From positions 1-38,251 of the forward strand of contig JBDKVD010000097.1 of NCBI GenBank assembly GCA_039679325.1: 38,251 nt of DNA. The letters are read 5' to 3'. The position numbers and the translations under genes are program-made. The stretch comes from Smithella sp. (lineage in GTDB: Bacteria; Desulfobacterota; Syntrophia; Syntrophales; Smithellaceae). The notes below the pieces were generated by a model. That model was not told the origin of the DNA. It saw nothing but the letters and a program-made list of their open reading frames with translations, and did no database searches. Shown here piece by piece: positions 1 to 7,595 of the stretch; position 1 is the first letter of the stretch, and every line of letters starts with the position of its first letter.

Positions 1-2
1 AT

Positions 3-152
3 CTTGAAGCAATAGAGCGGGAGTATATTCTGAAAGTCCTCCAGAAAACCCATTGGAAGATCGATGGTGAAGGCGGCGCTGCCGGCATTCTTGGACTTAA
101 CCCCAGCACTCTTCGGTTCCGGATCAAAAAATTGGACATTACACGTCCCTGA
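3..152 (+). CDS. 3' end (Fis-type HTH tail) of a sigma-54-dependent transcriptional activator; the 5' part lies outside the window
   Basis: Frame 3 is open from the window edge and reads LEAIEREYILKVLQKTHWKIDGEGGAAGILGLNPSTLRFRIKKLDITRP, ending at TGA 150-152. The AA..LGL.PSTL..R.KKL pattern is the C-terminal HTH typical of enhancer-binding proteins. Confidence 0.6.
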   Translation, partial: LEAIEREYILKVLQKTHWKIDGEGGAAGILGLNPSTLRFRIKKLDITRP

Positions 153-171
153 AAATTTCATTATCATAATT

Positions 172-295
172 GACGACCTCGTAAAAAGGCCGGATTCTGC
201 GTTGCGCTTCATCCCTCGTCACTGCGGCGTACGCTAAGTACGCCTCATTCCTCGGTATTCGCGCGCCTTGCCTGCGACCTTTTTACGAGGTCGTC
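172..295 (+). repeat. Hairpin-closed intergenic repeat element, copy A
   Basis: Perfect 18-bp inverted repeat, gacgacctcgtaaaaagg (172-189) and cctttttacgaggtcgtc (278-295), enclosing an 88-nt GC-rich core. The core holds the hairpin ggcgtac-gctaa-gtacgcc flanked by CU-rich runs cttcatccctcg and cctcattcctcg. Core motifs (gcttc.tc, tacgcctc) recur in the copies at 7219-7360 and 30277-30408. Confidence 0.75.
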
Positions 296-342
296 TGAAA
301 ATTGTTAATTTCATGACTTTTTACGAGTCCATCATAATTAGG

Positions 343-384
343 TAATTCTCAATATATTGCAGATCCGTAATATATTGAGAATTA
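343..384. repeat. Perfect 16-bp inverted repeat with a 10-nt spacer; possible operator or protein-binding site
   Basis: taattctcaatatatt (343-358), spacer gcagatccgt, then aatatattgagaatta (369-384). There are no mismatches and no trailing T-tract, so it is not a typical intrinsic terminator. Confidence 0.7.
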
Positions 385-616
385 TTGCCCATCGATTTTG
401 TTTGGAAACAATCCCGATTCATAAATACTTTAGAAATATCAAATGAATATAATTTATGTACTAAAATTATTCCTTCTGGAACGCTTCTTGGATTACTTTT
501 CGTATGCCTGACAAATATTACCGGATGTTTCTACTTTTTGTGAGGTTATCCGTAGTAACAGTCTTGACCGCTGTTGCATTCATTAAACAGCAGAACTAAA
601 AGTAAGGGAAGATGAC

Positions 617-943
617 ATGGAACTCACAATGGAGATTAGAGCAAAACAATTGAGGTTTCAGGAGCTTTATCAAACATTATATGCGCTTCTTCCCACCATT
701 CGCAAACATAAAGGGTGCCGTGACTGCCGTATTTATATGGACAAAGAGGATGAGGATCTCTTTTTTCTTTCTTTTAGCTGGGAAAAGCAGTCAAGTCTGG
801 AAGATTATCTTCGGTCAAACAGTGGCAGTGCGCTTATGGGGGCCATCGAAGTGTTGAGTGAAACAGCGAGAGTAAAGATTGACCGTGATCAACTGTGGCA
901 GGGAACAGAAATCCTGAACAGGATGAGAAAGGAAATGCATTAA
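617..943 (+). CDS. Small ABM/Dabb-fold (antibiotic-biosynthesis-monooxygenase-like) protein
   Basis: 108-aa ORF preceded by aagggaag. The layout (..LLPTIRKHKGCRDCRIYMDKEDEDLFFLSFSWEKQSSLEDYLRS..) resembles the ABM pattern of epGC..y....d.....f.l.e.W.....l..H; recognised by eye only. Confidence 0.45.
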   Translation: MELTMEIRAKQLRFQELYQTLYALLPTIRKHKGCRDCRIYMDKEDEDLFFLSFSWEKQSSLEDYLRSNSGSALMGAIEVLSETARVKIDRDQLWQGTEILNRMRKEMH

Positions 944-973
944 AAAAATAAGATACTTTAAAAGGAGGTTGTT

Positions 974-1672
974 ATGAAAGCAGCGGCAAGATTTATTATG
1001 ATAGCGATAGGTATCATGTTTTCGGTATCAGCAGTATTTGCGGCCCCATTAGAGGGAGATCCTGTCTTTTCCGGGTTTCTCGGTGATCCGGGTGTATACC
1101 AGAAATTGACGCCGGGACCGGAAGGTGGGGCAAAGCTGAGGTGGATAAAGCCGGATGCGGACTTTAAGAAATACAATAAGTTCATGGTAGACAACGTCAT
1201 TTTCTACCTGGCCGGCGATTCTGAAAACAAAGGTATTGATCCTGAGCTGATGAAAGAGATGGCCGATTCCTTCAACAAAGAACTCGTGGCGGCTTTCAAA
1301 GACAAATACCCGATAGTCGCCGAGCCCGGTCCCGATGTCATACGGATGCGCATTGCCATAACGAATGTCAAGCAGAGCCGGCCCGGAGTCAGCGCCGTCA
1401 CATCAGTTTTACCCGTTGGTATTGGAGTTAGTCTCATTAAGAGAGGTGCGACGGGAGGCTGGTCCGGCGGCGGCGAAACGGGCGCTGAGTTCATGGCTCT
1501 CGACTCCACAACAAATGATGTGCTCGTGATGGGCGTAGACCAGCAACAGGCGGCCTTTGCTTCGCGGTTCTCGAAGTATGGATCGGCTAAAGACGCCTTC
1601 AAATTCTGGTCTGAACGGATCGTGTTGTTCATCGACGATGCCAAAGGCATCAAGAGGGAACCAAAGGAATAA
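974..1672 (+). CDS. Secreted protein of unknown function (possibly DUF3313-like), first gene of the GC-rich pqi operon
   Basis: Strong RBS aaaggagg 7 nt upstream and signal peptide MKAAARFIMIAIGIMFSVSAVFA|AP. The stop lies 4 nt before the pqiA start. The family assignment is tentative. Confidence 0.7.
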   Translation: MKAAARFIMIAIGIMFSVSAVFAAPLEGDPVFSGFLGDPGVYQKLTPGPEGGAKLRWIKPDADFKKYNKFMVDNVIFYLAGDSENKGIDPELMKEMADSFNKELVAAFKDKYPIVAEPGPDVIRMRIAITNVKQSRPGVSAVTSVLPVGIGVSLIKRGATGGWSGGGETGAEFMALDSTTNDVLVMGVDQQQAAFASRFSKYGSAKDAFKFWSERIVLFIDDAKGIKREPKE

Positions 1673-1676
1673 CAAG

Positions 1677-2351
1677 ATGTCATCAGTTGTTGAAAATATC
1701 GTCGCGTGCCCCGGATGTGACCTGTTGCAACGTATTCCTGCGCTCCCACCGGGTGGCAAGGCGCGCTGTCCCCGCTGCGGCCATGTGATCGCTGCCAGCA
1801 AACCCAATTCCCTGGAGCGGACACTGGCCATTACTGTTGCGGCGGCGATCACCCTGGTCGTCGCCAACACTACGCCTCTCATGGGAATTTCAGTCGCTGG
1901 ACGCCATGTCAGTACGACGATTCTTGGCGGCGTGCTGGAGATGTGGTTGCAGGGGCAGGAAATCACAGCCTCGCTTGTGGCGATCTGCGCCATAGTCGCA
2001 CCAACCGTCTATATCGGATTGATGCTTCTGATCCTGCTCGCGTTGAGGCGATCACCAGCGCCATCATGGACCGGTGCGCTTATGCGGACGGCAGAGTTAA
2101 GCCAGCCCTGGGGGATGGCCGAGGTGATGATGCTGGGCATTCTGGTTGCCTTGATCAAGATTGCCGAAATGGCAACGCTGGTTCTTGGTGAAGGGATATT
2201 TGCCGTCGGTGCGCTCATTATTCTCATTGCCGCCATGATGGTCAGCTTTGACCGGCAAGAGGTATGGAAACGAGTCAGATGGACCGATGAGGAAGCGCAG
2301 CAGATAGTTGGAGCTGCAGAATCGGCGGACATGGAGAGGATAGGAACATGA
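1677..2351 (+). CDS. pqiA: Paraquat-inducible protein A, N-terminal-half homologue (split PqiA)
   Basis: Begins MSSVVENIVACPGCDLLQRIPALPPGGKARCPRCGH (CxxC...CxxC zinc ribbon) followed by about four hydrophobic helices. Start chosen at ATG 1677; the ORF-track extension back to 1557 overlaps the upstream gene. Confidence 0.8.
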   Translation: MSSVVENIVACPGCDLLQRIPALPPGGKARCPRCGHVIAASKPNSLERTLAITVAAAITLVVANTTPLMGISVAGRHVSTTILGGVLEMWLQGQEITASLVAICAIVAPTVYIGLMLLILLALRRSPAPSWTGALMRTAELSQPWGMAEVMMLGILVALIKIAEMATLVLGEGIFAVGALIILIAAMMVSFDRQEVWKRVRWTDEEAQQIVGAAESADMERIGT

Positions 2352-2989
2352 GCACCAGCGTCCCGACAGGCATCAAGTCTGGTTGTGTTTCCTGCGAGGT
2401 ATGCGGTCTGTTGACGAGGCCCGCCAATGTTTATGAGCCGGGGCATTGCCCGCGATGCGGCAGGGAGCTTGAGCTTCGCCGGCATAATGCGATCGAGCGT
2501 ACCTGGGCCCTTATCATCGCCGCCTCGATCTGCTATATTCCGGCGAACATTATGCCGGTGATGGTCACGAGCACCCTGACATCCGTTGAGGGAGATACCA
2601 TTATCAGCGGCGCCGTTCTGCTTTACAAGTATGGCTCATGGCATCTCGCACTCATTGTATTGATTGCGAGTGTAATGATACCATTGGCCAAGCTGGCCGC
2701 CCTGGCCTATCTTTTGATTACTGTCCAGCGCAGCTCGATCAAGGACCAGCGCGAGCGGACCAGACTCTACCGTCTGGTTGAGTTTGTCGGCAGATGGTCG
2801 ATGCTCGACATCTTTGTCGTCACCTTCGTTGTGGCCCTCATCCAACTCCAACCGCTCATGTCCGTGAAACCGGGACTGGGCTCGCTGTTTTTTGCAGCGG
2901 TTGTCGTGCTGACCATGATTGCGGCCGAAACCTTTGATCCCCGTCTCATCTGGGATTCCAGTAACTGCAAGGAGGAGCAAAATGACTGA
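2348..2989 (+). CDS. pqiA: Paraquat-inducible protein A, C-terminal-half homologue (split PqiA)
   Basis: Second CxxC...CxxC unit (CEVCGLL...HCPRCG) plus TM helices. ATGA start/stop overlap with the preceding half (2348-2351). Confidence 0.8.
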   Translation: MSTSVPTGIKSGCVSCEVCGLLTRPANVYEPGHCPRCGRELELRRHNAIERTWALIIAASICYIPANIMPVMVTSTLTSVEGDTIISGAVLLYKYGSWHLALIVLIASVMIPLAKLAALAYLLITVQRSSIKDQRERTRLYRLVEFVGRWSMLDIFVVTFVVALIQLQPLMSVKPGLGSLFFAAVVVLTMIAAETFDPRLIWDSSNCKEEQND

Positions 2990-4607
2990 GCAGATCGATC
3001 TCGACAACATTCCTCAGGCCACCGTCGTGCCGAAGAAACGAATGCGTTTTTCGGTAGTATGGATCATTCCCGTCGTGGCCGCTCTGGTGGCCATCGGGAT
3101 CGCAGTCCAGCGAATACTGAGCGAAGGCCCGACGATTACCATCGTCTTCAAGGCGGCCGAGGGTGTAGAGGCGGGGAAGACCTTCGTCAAGTATAAGGAT
3201 GTGAACATCGGTCAGGTGAAAACGGTAAAGCTCTCAAGTGATTATACAAAGGTCGTCGTGACGGCGAAGATCGACAAAAGCGCCGAGGGCTTAATCGTCG
3301 AGGATGCCGAATTCTGGGTCGAGAAGCCACGCGTCACCCTGAGCGGCGTCTCCGGCATCAGTACGCTGCTTACCGGCAATTTCATCGGACTCAGGATGGG
3401 AAAGTCGAAACAACCAAAGCATAAGTTCATCGGGCGCGACGTGCCACCGGCCGTCACTGTTGACCAGCCCGGCCGGATATTCCAGCTGCAGGCCGATAAT
3501 CTCGGGTCGGTGGGCATCGGCTCTCCGCTTTACTACCGCCGCCTGAACGTAGGACAAGTCATTGGCTATGACCTCGCCGGGGACGGCAAGTCTCTCCAAA
3601 TCAAGATATTTGTAAATGCACCATACGACAAGTACGTCACTAAAGAGACACGTTTCTGGGAGGCGAGCGGCATCGACGTGTCAATGGGAGCAAGCGGGTT
3701 TAATGTGGAAACCGAGTCGGTGGTATCCATGCTGGTTGGCGGAATTGCGTTTGAGACACCCCCCCAGTTCATGGAATTGAATCCTGCCGACGCAAATGCT
3801 CTCTTTACACTCTTCCGCAACCGTGCGGCAGCCATGGCGGAGCGCGAAACCATTATGACACCTTATGTTTTATACTTCAACGAGTCGCTGCTCGGGCTCA
3901 GCGTCGGCGCGCCTGTCACCTATCGCGGATTGCCGGTGGGCGAGGTCACTGCGGTCGGTCTGGAATATGATCCGGCAAAACATTTCATTCGCCCACGTGT
4001 TGATATCCAGGTATATCCAGCCCGGTTCATGGCGCATGTGAAGAAATCGGCTGCCCTCGACGAGCAGGCCGGGAGTGAAACCGGACGCCATGCCTTTTTG
4101 CAGAGAATGATTGATAAGGGGCTGCGAGCGCAACTGCGAAGCGGAAATCTTTTAACGGGACAGCTCTATGTCGCTTTTGACCACTTCCGTGGTGTTCCCA
4201 AAGTGAAAATCGACTGGACAAATCCGCCACCTGAGTTGCCGGTGATGCCGAGCGGCCTGGAGGATCTCAAAACTAAAATTAACGATGTCCTGGCGAAGAT
4301 CGATAGAATTCCCCTGGATGCTATTGGCGAGGATGTGAAAAAACTGCTCACAGGTCTCGATGGATTGGTGAAGCGCGTTGACAGGGAAGTTCTGCCGGAA
4401 TTGAAGAAAACGTTGGAGGCCCTCGAACGCGTCCTGAAGAGTACCGACTCCACCCTGGTCGGCAAGGATGCACCGGCGCAGCAGGAGATGCGGGAAGCCC
4501 TGCAGGAGGTTAGACGGGCTGCGCAGGCTGTCAGCGGCCTCGTCGATTATCTCGAACGAAACCCGGATGCCCTCATCCGAGGAAAAACACAGGAGAAATC
4601 AAAATGA
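2982..4607 (+). CDS. pqiB: PqiB, a multi-MCE-domain intermembrane lipid-transport protein
   Basis: RBS aggagg, then MTEQIDL and the N-terminal TM FSVVWIIPVVAALVAIGIAV. Repeated MCE-like modules (VKYKDVNIGQV, YRRLNVGQV, VTYRGLPVGEV) are followed by a C-terminal helical region. At 541 aa it matches PqiB in size. Confidence 0.85.
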   Translation: MTEQIDLDNIPQATVVPKKRMRFSVVWIIPVVAALVAIGIAVQRILSEGPTITIVFKAAEGVEAGKTFVKYKDVNIGQVKTVKLSSDYTKVVVTAKIDKSAEGLIVEDAEFWVEKPRVTLSGVSGISTLLTGNFIGLRMGKSKQPKHKFIGRDVPPAVTVDQPGRIFQLQADNLGSVGIGSPLYYRRLNVGQVIGYDLAGDGKSLQIKIFVNAPYDKYVTKETRFWEASGIDVSMGASGFNVETESVVSMLVGGIAFETPPQFMELNPADANALFTLFRNRAAAMAERETIMTPYVLYFNESLLGLSVGAPVTYRGLPVGEVTAVGLEYDPAKHFIRPRVDIQVYPARFMAHVKKSAALDEQAGSETGRHAFLQRMIDKGLRAQLRSGNLLTGQLYVAFDHFRGVPKVKIDWTNPPPELPVMPSGLEDLKTKINDVLAKIDRIPLDAIGEDVKKLLTGLDGLVKRVDREVLPELKKTLEALERVLKSTDSTLVGKDAPAQQEMREALQEVRRAAQAVSGLVDYLERNPDALIRGKTQEKSK

Positions 4608-5194
4608 GAAGACTTGCCATCATCTTTATATCCTGTACATTAGCCGCCGTAATCGCCGGATGCGCTTCCTCTCCGTCGCGTTTTTACACGCTGAGTCCGA
4701 TGGGAGCACCGGCTGTCCAGCCGTCGTCAAGCTTCACCGTCTCGGTAGGTCCCGTCTCGGTGCCGGACGTTGTCAACCGCTTGCCGATTGTCCTGCGGAC
4801 TGGTCCGAATCAGGTTTATATAAGCGAGTTCGACCGCTGGGCATCGCCTCTTAAAGACAACATTGCGCGGGTTGTAGCCGAGAACCTCGTCTCGATGCTC
4901 GGCACACCACATGTAACAATATTCCCGCAATCATCGGCTGCGGACGCATCGTATCGAGTCATGATCAATATTCTGCGTTTCGATTCGGAATTGGGCAAGG
5001 CGGCTACACTGGATGCGATTTGGACGGTAAATTCAGCGAAGGAGGGGCAGCCTCACCGACACCGTGCGACGCTTACCGAACTGACACAAGGCGACGACTA
5101 TGCCGCTCTTGTTGCGGCGCATAGCCGGGCGCTCGGTCAGATGAGCGCTGAAATTGCAGGAATGATCCGGGAAATTGAAGCTCAAAAGCGTTGA
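4604..5194 (+). CDS. pqiC: PqiC/YmbA-type transport-auxiliary lipoprotein
   Basis: ATGA overlap with pqiB. Lipobox AVIAGC|ASSPSRFYTL, typical of the PqiC (DUF330) family; 196 aa. Confidence 0.8.
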   Translation: MRRLAIIFISCTLAAVIAGCASSPSRFYTLSPMGAPAVQPSSSFTVSVGPVSVPDVVNRLPIVLRTGPNQVYISEFDRWASPLKDNIARVVAENLVSMLGTPHVTIFPQSSAADASYRVMINILRFDSELGKAATLDAIWTVNSAKEGQPHRHRATLTELTQGDDYAALVAAHSRALGQMSAEIAGMIREIEAQKR

Positions 5195-5235
5195 CATAAG
5201 CCGTTCCAGACATGAAATGCATAAGGAGATAAAAT

Positions 5236-5424
5236 ATGAACCTGATACAAAGCGTTATTCTGATCAGTGCATTGTTTGTTTCAGCCCTGATCGTCTGGAA
5301 CGACCTTCCACTTGAGTTTCCAGGGCTGATTGCCAAGACTCTTTTGCTGTTTCTAAAGTTGTCCATAGTATTAATCTTAACTGTAATTGCATATATAGTT
5401 GCCGGCAGGAAGAAACCATCATGA
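5236..5424 (+). CDS. Small two-helix membrane protein, hypothetical
   Basis: Strong RBS aaggag 8 nt upstream. The 62-aa product has two hydrophobic segments and a basic tail (GRKKPS). Confidence 0.55.
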   Translation: MNLIQSVILISALFVSALIVWNDLPLEFPGLIAKTLLLFLKLSIVLILTVIAYIVAGRKKPS

Positions 5425-5461
5425 AGAGTATAACGAACTACAAAAAGAAAGGAGAATCTAA

Positions 5462-5959
5462 ATGAAAAGAAATTTTACAAATGGCGGCCTGATAATCATT
5501 ATGGCTGCATTACTGCTCATCTGCACCAGTCCGTTGGCGGCCGAGGACAAAGCGGCCGACAACATGCAGCTTCTTATCGCCAAAGTTAAAGCGGACAAGA
5601 AGCTGATTGTTGCCAACAACTTGCAGCTTACGGAAAAAGAGGCCAAGGCTTTTTGGCCTGTATATGAGAGCTATCAGAATGAACTGTTTCTTCTGCGCTC
5701 CCGGTCCCTTAATATGATTAAAAATTACGCCGACAACTATGAAACGATGACCAATGCCATGGCCAAAAAACTCCTGGATGAGTTTATGACCATCGAGACC
5801 CTGCGTGTTAAGCTTGCGAAGACATATCTCCCCCAATTCCGTAAAGTACTCTCCGATAAGAAGGTTGCGCGATATTATCAGATCGAAAACAAGATCAATG
5901 CAGTACTGTACTACGAACTTGCTGCGCAGATCCCGTACGTCAAAACGGGCAATCCATAG
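5462..5959 (+). CDS. Secreted all-helical protein, hypothetical
   Basis: RBS aaaggag and signal peptide LIIIMAALLLICTSPLAA|ED. The sequence is helix-rich (..LTEKEAKAFWPVYESYQNEL.., ..KVARYYQIENKINAVLYYELAAQIP..). The opposite-strand ORF 5510-5986 lacks any such signals. Confidence 0.65.
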   Translation: MKRNFTNGGLIIIMAALLLICTSPLAAEDKAADNMQLLIAKVKADKKLIVANNLQLTEKEAKAFWPVYESYQNELFLLRSRSLNMIKNYADNYETMTNAMAKKLLDEFMTIETLRVKLAKTYLPQFRKVLSDKKVARYYQIENKINAVLYYELAAQIPYVKTGNP

Positions 5960-5975
5960 GAAAGGAGAAAATCTT

Positions 5976-6533
5976 ATGAAATACATTCGGATTAAACTGC
6001 TGTTGTGTGCCGTTCTGAGCGTTACGATTTTCTGTGCTGTCCCGTTGACTGTTTCTGCCGATTCAGCAGGAAAAATCAGCCGTGATTCGCAAAAGGCGCT
6101 GCAGACGCTTTATGCCAAATCCGATTCCGCGAAGAACCTGGGGCAAAATGCAAAGGCCATTCTCGTTTTCCCGGCGATCACCAAGGGAGGATTTATTGTC
6201 GGCGGATTGTATGGTGAAGGCGCGCTTCTTAAATCGGGAAACGTCGCCGCGTACTATAATACCATTGCTGTTTCCTATGGTTTACAGGCCGGCTTGCAGA
6301 CATACGGATATGCGCTGTTCTTGATGACGGACGCGGCAGTGAACTATCTTGACAAAAGCGGCGGCTGGGAACTCGGTACGGGGCCGACCATTGTCGTCGT
6401 CGAAAAGGGGGCGTCCGGCAGCCTTTCGACAACCACTGCAAAATCGGATATATATGCCTTCTTTTTCAGTCAAAAGGGGCTGATGGCCGGTCTTGGTCTC
6501 CAAGGTACAAAGATAACAAAAATCAACAAGTAA
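5976..6533 (+). CDS. SYLF (Ysc84/DUF500) lipid-binding domain protein, exported
   Basis: RBS aaaggag and signal peptide MKYIRIKLLLCAVLSVTIFCAVPLTVSA. Gly-rich SYLF-type motifs GGFIVGGLYGEGAL, SYGLQAGLQ and GLMAGLGLQGTKI. Confidence 0.7.
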   Translation: MKYIRIKLLLCAVLSVTIFCAVPLTVSADSAGKISRDSQKALQTLYAKSDSAKNLGQNAKAILVFPAITKGGFIVGGLYGEGALLKSGNVAAYYNTIAVSYGLQAGLQTYGYALFLMTDAAVNYLDKSGGWELGTGPTIVVVEKGASGSLSTTTAKSDIYAFFFSQKGLMAGLGLQGTKITKINK

Positions 6534-6726
6534 CAAGGAAATCATCTGAGCGGCCATGTCATTGACAGTCTTATTCATTGCCATGGCCGCCAGGAACTCC
6601 GAACGTAAACAGCTTCGTGTCCCGGATCATGGGTTGCAGAGATTTTCGTCATATCATCCGGAATACAAGATATCCTCTACTCATGTACTTCTATGTACTT
6701 CCATCTCATCGTCAAATAACTGCGCC

Positions 6727-7185
6727 TCAGGTCAATCTTATCACTTTGGGCTTTACCAGCCTGGCGAAGTCTTCATAAGCCATTCTTACCAGTTCCGAAT
6801 GCGAACCGGCATTGAAAACTATCTCTTTATCCTCCGTCAGATGCTGATCCACATAGACATCCATGCCGTAAAGGTTGCCGAAAGGAGGCATAGCACCGAC
6901 TTCGCAATCCGGAAATATATCTTTAAATTGCTCTTCGGTGGCGAGTTCGATTCTTTTCACATGGATTTCCTTCCGAAAATAATCGAAATCGATAGAGTAG
7001 TTGGCGGACAAAACTGCCATGGCCATTTTATTTTCAATGAAGACGATAACGGTTTTGGCGACTTCCTTTCCCTTGATATGCGTGGACTGCGCAATTTCCC
7101 GGGCGGTATAGGCCGGTGAATGCTCGATTCTCACGTATTTGACTCCATGACTGTCCAGAAACTCTTTCATTTTTCTGGTTGGCAT
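6727..7185 (-). CDS. YbaK/ProX-type aminoacyl-tRNA deacylase-like protein
   Basis: RBS aaaggagg upstream of ATG at 7185. The sequence (..AKTVIVFIENKMAMAVLSANYSIDF..EVGAMPPFGNLYGMDVYVD..IVFNAGSH) fits the YbaK-like editing-domain fold. The longer ORF-track start (7236) runs into repeat copy B. Confidence 0.6.
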   Translation of the reverse strand: MPTRKMKEFLDSHGVKYVRIEHSPAYTAREIAQSTHIKGKEVAKTVIVFIENKMAMAVLSANYSIDFDYFRKEIHVKRIELATEEQFKDIFPDCEVGAMPPFGNLYGMDVYVDQHLTEDKEIVFNAGSHSELVRMAYEDFARLVKPKVIRLT

Positions 7186-7218
7186 AATATACCTCCTTTC
7201 GATCTTGTTGACCGGGTT

Positions 7219-7360
7219 ATTCCATTTCGAAATCAAGCGCTCCCTTTGTTGGCGTCGTCGTCGGCTTCCTCAACGTATGTATAACGCGTGACCTTCAGGT
7301 TATACGCCTCTTCGCCTCCTCCTAGCCGCCGCGGTATCATCATTGATTTGGAAATGGAAT
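7219..7360 (+). repeat. Hairpin-closed intergenic repeat element, copy B
   Basis: 18-bp inverted repeat with one mismatch, attccatttcgaaatcaa (7219-7236) and ttgatttggaaatggaat (7343-7360), enclosing a 106-nt GC-rich core. It shares the exact 16-mer gtcggcttcctcaacg (7260-7275) and gcctcctcct..ccgcc (7313-7330) with copy C. Internal hairpin gtataac-N13-gttatac. Confidence 0.8.
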
Positions 7361-7595
7361 TAGACTGTTTCCAAAACAAATCATGTAAAAAGAACCACAT
7401 TCATCATTGAAATGTTATCTTATTCAGTTGTTATAATTTTTATGCATATCTTATTAATAATTTAAATTTAAGATTAAAGCTTATTGTTGTCAATAGAGCA
7501 TGATTTTCTGAATAATTTTAGACTTTTTTTTTGACAATTGAGTTGAGAAGATTTAACTTATTAAAATATTATTTCTAATTAAAGGAGGTTTTACC

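Noticed and set aside
1677-2989. Split pqiA as a frameshifted pseudogene.
   Set aside because: Each half is a complete unit with its own CxxC...CxxC ribbon and TM helices. The junction is a clean ATGA start/stop overlap, which fits a natural two-gene arrangement rather than a broken gene.
1204-4465. Many long ORFs antisense to or overlapping the pqi genes (for example 1204-1824, 1409-1993, 2009-2485, 2636-3010, 3291-3599, 4166-4465).
   Set aside because: They are typical stop-codon-poor artefacts of GC-rich coding sequence. They have no RBS or recognisable motifs, while the sense-strand genes show clear PqiA, PqiB and PqiC signatures.
4468-4854. 128-aa plus-strand ORF spanning the pqiB/pqiC junction.
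   Set aside because: It is out of frame with two well-supported genes, and its Arg/Ser-rich low-complexity product is typical of an off-frame GC-rich translation.
6556-7119. 187-aa plus-strand ORF.
   Set aside because: It lies fully antisense to the YbaK-like gene, which has a strong RBS and family motifs. This ORF has neither.
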